This document shows, one piece after another, positions 54,801 through 64,000 of a stretch of 64,000 bases of DNA. The notes beneath the pieces are model-generated. The model was not told where the DNA came from and did no database searches. It was given only the letters and a program-made list of their open reading frames with translations. Every line of letters starts with the position of its first letter. The first letter of the stretch is position 1. The position numbers and the translations under genes are program-made. The stretch covers positions 1 through 64,000 of the forward strand of contig CM022667.1 in the NCBI GenBank assembly GCA_012295275.1, written 5' to 3'. The DNA is from Chrysomallon squamiferum. Taxonomy: Eukaryota > Animalia > Mollusca.

Positions 54801-56108
54801 TGGAACGACCTCCAGTAGAGGGCAACCCAATGTTTCCTAGCTACGAGGAAGTGATTAAACGCCGAAAAGAGAGAAAGAAAAAGTAATTTTTGATTATTTT
54901 CAGATCTTTTATGTATGTAAATTAAAATGGAGTATTATGAGAAATTATGATCAATTAAAATTATAGCTTTTGAGATAAATAGATTCATCTCTTTGATTTT
55001 TTTAAGATATGATAAACACAATTTCAAATTAAAACTTGCAATGTTTATCAATTATTTACACTTATTAATCATTCAGCAATCTAGTATACCTTTCTTAATG
55101 TTAATTATGAAATTAAGGTGTTTTTATAATTTATTTATTTTTATCTTTTTATATACCTATATTTTTCAGACTTGAAGCATTTTATTCAAAGTCTGCTTCC
55201 TCAGCTCGCAAACTAGTTTCTGATCCAAATGTGAGACCTCCAAGAATCCAACCAAGATACTCCAGAAGTTTCTACCTTAGACTGGGAATAAATCCACAGA
55301 AAATTCATCTAAATGATCCTGATGATATTGCATTAAAGGTAAACCAGATGTTATTTTTATATTTGAGACATTCAAGAAGATGGAACAATTTTCACAGTGT
55401 CCATCTCTATTCACTAATAATTTTGTAATAGATGATTTTCCTTGATTTTTTTATTTCTTTTTATTACTTTTCCTTTTTATTTTTCTTAGCAGGTGTTGGG
55501 GAGATGTGTTGTTTTGTTTATTATTTTATTATTATTATTTTGATGATTTTGGGGAATTTTTTTTTTAACTGTTTTGTTCTGGGTTTTTTATTTCATGGGT
55601 ATTATTTAATATAAAACATGTTTTCTGATGATTATTTTTAAACAATATTCTCTAAATATACAAATATTTACATAACATAAAAATAATTTCAAATTTGTTA
55701 AAAACATCAATCTAGAGATGTTATTATAAATTTTTAGTTATATTTCCATCCCATTAATATTTATACTGATCCCATTTACATAAAATAAATCATGGTAATG
55801 AAGACCAGTAAACATCAGTCAGCTTAAACTCTGTCTTGTTAGCTTTTGTTAAACAAACTCATCTGTATTTTCAGGACAGTCGAGAAGAAAAAGTTAAACG
55901 AGAAATTCACAAACAGGATTCAGAAATGTCAGAAATTCGACGAATGCAGAAATGGAAACAAGAATTTGGTGGCGACGAACAAGCTGAAAGGATGGCTGAA
56001 ACCCTGAAACGTTTACATCTTGCCTACAAGGAAGGTTTACACCTGACAAAACACAGGCATTCTGGGTATTTTTCTGACGAGAGTGTTGAAGACGAAATGC
56101 GTGTTTAG
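51822..56108 (+). CDS. CAP-Gly domain-containing protein, 6 exons, ~294 aa, uncharacterised
   Basis: Phase-consistent GT-AG exons 51822-51842, 52575-52764, 53509-53589, 54693-54882, 55170-55338, 55875-56108. The spliced product has YGDRVLV..GIVRHVG..YVGVKLDD..VHNGIYHGKRYFHCPRGHGAMV, the CAP-Gly signature. Exon 1 is the least certain. Confidence 0.88.
54530..54690. repeat. (TTTTTA)n hexamer repeat forming the polypyrimidine tract of CAP-Gly exon 4
   Basis: Directly visible; ends in TTTTCAG at 54692. Confidence 0.92.
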
Positions 56109-57261
56109 GTCACATTTTGTTTTAAATTTAGTCTTGCTCTTCCAAGGTGTTACTGTTGTTTTGCAGGATAATATGCAGCCGCAATTAATTCATTTTCAGT
56201 TGATGTTAACTAACTATGGTTTGAACTGACTGTAAAAAGAATGTGACAGACAAATGTTGCATCTGTGGTAAAATACTGTTTAGCAACATAATCTGTTAAA
56301 ACAGTCAGTTACTAATTATAATCCCTTTTGTGTATCAGTGTATGAGGTGAAAAATATCTGTGATATAACCAAATATAATGGGAAAACATTTTATTGTTTT
56401 ATTTATTTTATCTCTCCACATGCATACAAAAAAAATGACATGTAATAACTTTCCACAACCAACCAAAGAGAATAAGAAATTTCTGTCATTTTAAGAAAAG
56501 AAATAAGTGGACTTTCATACCTATTTATTAGGACTTATTTGTATATATTCATAAATGTTCTTTCCCAACCGTGTGTTTTATCCCATGTTGCATGTTTCAG
56601 TAATCCTGAAATATGATGCTGTACATATAAATGATCTTTTTTACTTTTGCATTGTTTTGTGTATATATATATATTTTCAACTGAAAGTTGAAATTGACTG
56701 ATTAACCTATTAGTGTGAGCCACTGAAATCCATGACAAAAATGTTTGTTTGTTGTTTATTTTATAATTCTCAAGTTTTGTTAACAGTTTATATACTGTAA
56801 TGTGGTTTGAATAATAAAATAATGTTTGTAAAGATTTGTTCTTTCATATAAAACTTACATTTTTAAAACAAACAATTGTGTCATTGAAAAAGGTAAAACG
56901 TAAATATCCATTGACAGGCATTTTCTGTTACTCCAGTTTATCAATAGTTTAAAGCAAAGTTTTATAAATTCTAAAATCCCAGTAAAAGAAAAAAAAAAAA
57001 ATCATGTTAAAATAAGTCTCTTTTGTGTCAGAATTCCATTAGAACTTTTAAGCATTCTTTTTTATATATTTCAACATCCCAAAGAAAAAAATTAACCATG
57101 GGCATTGGGCTTCTAAGCACCAAAAAATTGAACCTCCTGAGATATTTGTGAAGTAATTCCAGTGAACTTCAAAGATGTACAGATTTATGGATTCATCTCT
57201 GGAAGACAAAAAGATCCATATCAAGTTCCAGTTCCTTTGCCTATCATGTCCATTTTCTGTA

Positions 57262-59377
57262 TCAAACAGCCTCTTCCATAAAAAATGAAACACAACAAAG
57301 GTAATCTGTGGAGAAAAATAAAATGTTGCACCAAGTGGAATCATACTACACTAATTTTCTCAATTATGTGATAAAAGTGGCTCTTGCAATGCAACTAAAT
57401 TGCATAAGCATATCCAAATGGTGAGAATAATGTTGGTACAATTCAGATGTTCTTACAGTAAAATTACATACTGGAAGATAATACAACATATTATGGTTTT
57501 TCCCTTACAATTTAAATTACACCCTGCACTAATGTAGAGTTGAATGTCAGTTTGTGAAATCTATTCCATATCCAGCAACATTTTTTTTTTGTTTAATGAT
57601 TATGCTCATCCATTTTTTTAGTTATTAATTTTGCAATATGGTTAACATAGTTATAGGGTTTTACAGATTGTTCATTTTTGTTTGTTTTTTTTTTTTTTTT
57701 TAACGGGATGGGGATCTTCTTTTGCTTTCCATTTTTTTATTTTGTTGTTTTTTGATATTAAATTAAAATCTTATCATTCATTATCATTCTGTATCCATGA
57801 TAATTGAACTATAGCTTTATCAAGATAATAATTAATACTTCTTAAAAAAACAATATACAGCTGAATCATTATAACTGATAATTAAACTGAGATAATAATT
57901 AATACTCATTAAAAAATATATACAGCCGAATCATCCATGAAAAATAATGATGCAATCAAATGAATCAAATAATTAATGAAACTGTTTTTAGAAATACCTT
58001 CAATTGTTTGATAGGTTTCTGAATCTTCTTTTCTCCAGGCATCAGAGAAATGTTCATTGCGAGAATGATCAAAGTCAGCCAAGCTTTCCAACAGGTACAT
58101 TTTCATATGATATATACTCATGTTAAAGAATCAAGATTCAAGAATTAAGAAGATGTCTGTCCTTTTATATAAATGCCTATGCATGCATGTGTATGTGTGT
58201 GCGCTTGCATGAGTGCATACATTTCAATTTGTAAGTCTGTGTGTCTGTATTTTTATTATAAAATTTCAAACTGCATGAACATGCATTATGAAAAATAATT
58301 TTAATCTTTTTTAAAAAAGGATATTGGTTATATAATAATTTTTCTGCAAAAGTTAACCATTCCAACATTTCTGCCATTGATGGACATACAGCAGTTTGTA
58401 AAGTCATTGTTTCAATGTCAAGGTCATCTAAATATTTCCTATAAGCTGTCATGGTGACATCAAGTTGTTTCTTTAATTTCTGCTGACCAATTTTCAAAGC
58501 ACATCTTGAAAAAGATAAATAGCAGTAAGAAGAAATATTTCATAACTGGAAAAATTGAGACAGTTGTCATGGGCATTTAAAAATCCAAAATAAAAGATTT
58601 CAACCTTTATACTGGAATTTACTTAAAAATTAATATTATGTAATGAGTTTAATAAACACATGAAATTAATACAGGTACCGGACCAATTATCTGGTGTCCT
58701 GAAAACTGGAAGTTTTTTCCCGATGCTATTTTCAAAGTTTGCATGTGCAGATGTTGTCCTCGCCAGACTGGAACTACTCTTTCAAGCCATGTGGCGTTCA
58801 TTCACTCGCAGCATTGTTTACATGTCAAGTCGCCGTATCATCAAATTTCTTTATGTTTTTAATTTTAAAATATTTATGCCTAATTATTTACATATTTAGA
58901 TGCCTTCGTAACAGAAAAATGGAAAATCCAGAAATCCAGAAATCCAGAATGCCTCAGGCCCAAGGAGTCTGAATAATTGGTCCACTACCTGTAATCTGAT
59001 ATCACCAGACAAGCCGTGCAGCTGTTTAAAAAGATCCAAGATCATAAATTTTGAGCTTTGACTTTAAGTAATATAATTACTTACAAATGATATTTAATTA
59101 AAGATATTTTTTCATCAATATCTGTTCCTATCTTCATCAAAAGTTTCTCTTTGATGTCTGGGAACTTTGTAATGAATGGTAATGTTTCAGATCTGACATT
59201 ATGACACGACATATGCTGTTCATACAGGCTAACGAGGGTAGCAATATGTGGCGAACATTCCAACATGGCGGTTTTAGATATCTCAGTTGCATGTTTCAGA
59301 AGATGAAAGGATTTCTGAATATGTTTTTTCAGTCTTGTCTGTCCCACCCTGTTTTGGTTTTCCAAGGGAACAGCCAT
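57262..59377 (-). CDS. AIRIM: AFG2-interacting ribosome maturation factor (C1orf109) orthologue, 4 coding exons, ~210 aa
   Basis: Exons 59085-59377, 58325-58504, 57998-58113, 57262-57305. FPDIKEKL, AVCPSMAEMLEWL, YHMKMYLL, SDAW and VSFFMEE align with recalled human FPDLKERL, AVSPSVADMLEWL, YLKRKYLL, PKAW and VSFFLEE. Confidence 0.88.
58114..58324 (-). other. U12-type (minor spliceosome) intron in AIRIM with inferred AT-AT termini
   Basis: 5' site ATATCCTTT; branch site TTCTTTAAC ending 8 nt before the inferred 3' end (...ATGAGTAT|A). Frame and alignment length are restored. Confidence 0.82.
58672..58991. mobile_element. Tc1/mariner (Tigger/pogo-like) MITE, 320 bp, in an AIRIM intron
   Basis: TIRs CAGGTACCGGACCAATTAT / ATAATTGGTCCACTACCTG (17/19 match), flanked by TA on both sides (58670-71, 58992-93). 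Confidence 0.85.
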
Positions 59378-59919
59378 GTGGTCTGTAGTTCTTTATCTTA
59401 TGGAAAGACAGTTGTTATTTCCTACAAAAGAAGTATATACATAACTGTTATAACAATCTATTTTGAAAGAATACAGGTTTTGATATTATAGCAATAATTA
59501 AATGTTTATTTTTGTAATATCTGTCTTTTATCAAAGCAGTAGTGAGATACTCAGACAGATAGACAGACAGACAAAGTATTATTTTATTCACAGACTCAGT
59601 TAATCAGTAATTCAATAAATGTTAACCATAACACTATTATCTGTACTACTGTTAGCATATATGGCATCTGTAAGTCATTTTATACAGACTCCGCGGACTT
59701 AATGATTAGTTAACATTAAAATGAATAATAATAAATTTAAAATTAATACTAATTAGAAATTAGGTTCAGTACCAAGTGTATGGCCGACAGTACATGCCTA
59801 AGGTTAAACAATAAACTCACCAACAGGAAGATATATTCTTAAATTTGAATTTAATTTAAATGTATGTACAAATATATCAGCATCAGAATGAAATTAAATA
59901 CTAAATAAAATAAATTATG

Positions 59920-60290
59920 AAATCATGCTTTGCTAGTCGTCGCCATTTTGTTTATCATGTGACAGTTTGTTTATCGTAATTTGTGTAAATAGTTTTTAAA
60001 TTTTATAATTATTATGATTAGCATATTGATTGTGCATATTTATAACATTTGTAGTGCTGTTGAATTAATAAAAATTATTACCATGATATATAACGACAAT
60101 CTGTAAATCGATTTCTCTTTCCATTGCACCATTTTCATTGGTCGAATATAGTTACTGGAGAGTTTGAGCGGAAAGTTTAAGACGGAAGTTACACTTGTTT
60201 TTATGTTTTCGTTTAAATTTGTCGATATAATTACGACTGTGTTCGATCAAAATATTCGGTAACAGTGTGACATTAACATCAAAAGGTATA
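59920..60290. promoter_or_regulatory. Bidirectional promoter between AIRIM and CDCA8
   Basis: YY1-like CGCCATTTTG at 59941, inverted CCAAT (ATTGG) at ~60137, ETS-like CGGAAGT at ~60183. First-exon donors lie on opposite strands (~59820 minus; ~60259 or 60286 plus). Confidence 0.6.
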
Positions 60291-61221
60291 AACAACATAT
60301 GATTTCGAGAGCTTTAGCAGTTCTAGAAGTACAGATCATAAGCATAATGATATTGATAATCTGATAGATCACACAATTCATAGCCACAGGATCATTAAAT
60401 GTACAGTACTGTTTACAAAAAAGATTTGATTGATAAGTCGAAAAGGTGATACTTTATTATACCATCATCCAATTAAGTCAATTAATTATAAACTGTTGAC
60501 ATTTGTCTTTAAATATGAAATGTTTTATTTTAATAATTACTTGTAGGCTGTATTTTAATTATTTATTTAAACTAGAAATAGAATATGACTGAAGTGGCTA
60601 ATACTAGTAATACTACTTAATTAGTTAATACTACAAATAATATTAACAGTAGTAGTAGTATTACTATTAGTAGTAGGCATTGGACAGTTTGGTATGGACC
60701 TAGGAACTGGAAGGAATCATGGCTTTCATCGGTTTGACTATTTTAAATTCGTAACAGTTCATCGACGACATTTCAGTTTTTTCAAGGTAGAATCATAATT
60801 GTTTTCTGAAACAGTCCTAAGTACAAACTATGTCGTTGACCCGTAATTCATGTCTTATAACAGGTAGAATGATAATGATTTGTGTAATATATAAAAAGTT
60901 TTGTTAAGTTTTCTGTACATAATTATGTTTGACAAAAATTTTTATCTAAAATAAATATCCCATTCTCAGATGCAGCTAATCAGAAAATCATTATAAGAAA
61001 ATCAAATATGACTTAGCCTGTGCATTCCTTGTAATATCATTGTACAGTAATTTTGTGTAAAGCACCAACTGATCTAATACAATAAAATATTTAAAATGTC
61101 ATTAAATTAATTTACATTATTCTTTTTATTATCATTGTTATTATTATTGTTGTTGTTGTTTTAATCATTTTCAAGTATATTATTGGACATACAACCAAGT
61201 CTTTTTTTTTTGTGTTTTAGT

Positions 61222-61605
61222 CAATATAAATATAATTGATTTCAAATGTTTTCTTATATTGATTTAATTTGACAATGATCATTCTTTATCTTCCAAAATC
61301 CTAGTATCTTTTTGTGTCAATTAAACATTCATATATTCATGTATTTTTCAATATAAATATAATTGATTTCAAATGTGATCTTATATTGATTTAATTTGAC
61401 AATGATCGTTCTTTATCTTCCAAAATTCTAGTATTTTTTTGTGTCAATTAAACATTCATATATTCATGTATTTTTCAACATAAATATAACTGATTTCAAA
61501 TGTTTTCTTATGTTGATTTAATTTGGCAATGATCATTCTTTATCTTCCAAAATTCTAGTAATTTTTTGTGTCAGTTAAACATTCATATATTCATGTATTT
61601 TTCAG
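61222..61605. repeat. 127-bp x3 tandem repeat ending at the acceptor of the first coding exon of CDCA8
   Basis: Three near-identical units. The first two end TTTTTCAA and the last ends TTTTTCAG. Confidence 0.9.
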
Positions 61606-61627
61606 TGCAGAAGTTTGAAAACTAACC

Positions 61628-64000
61628 ATGCCTCGAAGACGAACCACAAAAATAAATGTGCGTGCCACACCGAAAGCACCAAGATGTATAGATGCAGAGA
61701 AGATGAGTGAAAAAGATAGACAAGAAAAGATGCGAGTCTTTCTCAATGATTTTGATGAAAAAGGTTTAAATATATATTTTCTTAAAATTAAATATATTTA
61801 GTATCAGTGCATTTATTTTACGATAAAATAATAACTAAGCAGATGTTTTGTTTTGTTGTGTTCTTTTTTTCTCAGACTTTTTAAATTAATAAAGTAATGA
61901 TAATTAAAGGAGTTGTTGCATCACGATTAAATACATTTAGAAATTATTGATTTTTGTATGTATATTTAAGAAAGTTTATTAAGTTTCAGTAAAATAATAC
62001 TGAAACACATTATATTTTCCTTTTATTGTTTTATTTAAAAAAATGTTTTTTTAAGTTTATTTGTTTTGTGTGCTAGATAAAAAAATTCTATTATAAAAAT
62101 GTTATAATAGAAATATAATTTTTACGTATAATCTGCACATTTAAATAAAAGTTGATGCATTCAAGAATAAAATAATTTTTAATATAGATAATTTTGCCAA
62201 TAAATATTTAATTTTATTTATTTACTATTTTACTTATTTCTTTTAGTTAAAATTCAGCTAGAAATAATGGAGAATGAAAAGAAAAGAATGCTGCAAACAG
62301 TTTCAAGACGTCTTCATGTTCAGATTATGCAGATACCACAGGTTTTATTAATATCCATTCTTTATGATCTCTATCACTGGGGCATTTTCCCTTTTCAGTA
62401 GGCTACTGAAGTATAAGAGTATTTCAAAAGTATATACACTTTTGTCTTGTGCAAGAAAGTTCACTTGAAAGTATTCTTATAGTTAAACTGTATCACTATT
62501 TCTTGTGTTCTGTCTACTCTAGCTTTTCTCTTTTAAGAAAAATAATAATAATAAACAATAACAAAAAGAGTTTTTTGACTATTAATTAAATAAATTTGAA
62601 TGTGTACGTGATGTGTCAGTTTTTACATTTTTGATCTTTTTTATTGTAGGATGTGAGGCACATGAAACTTCGTGATTTTATTGGTAAGTTTAAAATCAGA
62701 ATATTGAAAAGTCTGCATTCAGAATTTTTTTTTTTCTTTTTTTTTATCAATGATACATGATCTAGTAAAGCCAAAATGCTCTGAAGTTTCTTCTCATGTT
62801 GTCATAAAAAAAATACAGCTTTCAATATGCCACATATACAGTAATCTGACGTCTCCAATAGTGAAAGGATAAAATGGTATTGTTAAAATTTCTTACAGTA
62901 GTACTCTTTTACTGTGATGTTCTTGTAAGAGCACTGATGGAATAAAAGTACCCAAAACTAAAAAAACAGTAACTTGGAAGAAGAAATAATTCTTTTCAGA
63001 TCATCTAACTGTCTGCTGCAAATACACTGCAGAGACAAATTGTGGTTAATGTAATTTGACATATGAACATGGCTAAACTATATACTCTTAACAAAGTTAC
63101 AATTTAAAGAAAAAGAAAAAAAACGAGATAACCAGTTAATTATTGATTCAGTTTTTTATTTTTAGTTCAATTATTATTATTATTATTATTTGTTTTGTTT
63201 TAATATAACATTTAAAATGTTTTGTTTGCAGCTGCAGGTGGCACCATAGCATCAGTGATGCAGCAACAGACTCAGATGGATGCTGTGAACACATCTACAA
63301 TGTGTCCGTAAGTATTAAAAGACAATCCTATATTTTAGAAGCATCATGAAATAATGTCAAAAACTTTGCTACCTACAAAATAACATTTCTGTTTGAAAAT
63401 GAAAATAGAATTATAACAACATCATGGAATCTGTTAAAAGAAATATTCGCAGTCTTCCTCCACTTTTTTTTTTTTTGGATTATTATTCAGATTGCACTAG
63501 AATTCAAACCTTTTTCACTTTTCTCAGTATCCATTAATAATTATTTCATGGTATGTGCCATCACTTTGCTCGCTCATTGAGGAATATCTGTAATTGATCG
63601 ACATGTTCCAAATGGTTTGAATAGTTGGCAACAAACAATTTTATCTTAATTTGATGAGAGGTACACTTTTGTTTAGGAAATTCAGATATAACTACATACG
63701 GTAGCAAATGATTTTTCATTGTATTTTGCAGGTCGAAAGGAAATCTTTGTGAAACTATTTTGGAAGAAAATCAAGACTTTGCAGTACCTAAAGCAACAAG
63801 AGGAAGACAGAAGAAGGTAAGCTAGTTGATTAACATATTGATTGGTGTTTGTTATAGTGGCATTTTGATCGCTGATAATTCTTTGTATGTCTTACCTTTA
63901 TCTTGAAAATGTATTTGTTTAAAAGCAAAATAATTTATGATTGCAGTATGGAACAAGGGCTAGTAAACTGAGAGGCAAAGAAAACACTGTGAAATCCAGG
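61628..64000 (+). CDS. CDCA8: Borealin (chromosomal passenger complex subunit), 5' part; the gene continues beyond the window
   Basis: Phase-consistent exons 61628-61763, 62247-62341, 62650-62683, 63232-63307, 63732-63816, 63947->64000. FLNDFDEKVKIQLEIMENEKKRMLQTV...IMQIPQDVRHMKLRDFIAAGG matches the recalled Borealin N-terminal helix FLKDFDREV...[21 protein letters not shown]. Confidence 0.88.

Noticed and set aside
57909-57997. Read-through C-terminus of AIRIM (GISKNSF...FFMDDSAVYIF*) suggested by the ORF track
   Set aside because: A GT donor at 57997 and the exon at 57262-57305 give DYLCCVSFFMEEAV*, which matches the recalled orthologue end better.

Overview
AT-rich, microsatellite-rich, intron-containing animal genomic DNA (invertebrate; a mollusc/lophotrochozoan origin is my inference). 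Positions 1-11.4 kb are the right end of a tandem array of U3 snoRNA genes (~1.17-1.19 kb units). It has 9 full copies, one copy truncated to its 5' part and one orphan 3' fragment, and it decays toward its edge. The rest holds three head-to-head gene pairs: MRPL36 (-) with a single-coding-exon Pro/Tyr/Gly-rich gene, possibly FAM168-like (+); a 26-exon P4-ATPase of the ATP9/Neo1 class (-) with a 6-exon CAP-Gly protein (+); and AIRIM/C1orf109 (-) with Borealin/CDCA8 (+, running off the window). Two MITEs have clear TIRs and TSDs. Main observations: the U3 array with two box C' isoforms; a U12-type intron with apparent AT-AT ends in AIRIM; an intronic minisatellite made of about 16 copies of an ATP9 splice acceptor plus exon start, one of several splice-site-anchored duplications; and two single-base frameshifts (ATP9 exon 21, MRPL36 3' end) that are probably assembly errors. 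Most ORF-track entries are microsatellite or spacer artefacts. All homology calls come from recalled sequences and manual translation; no database search was run.
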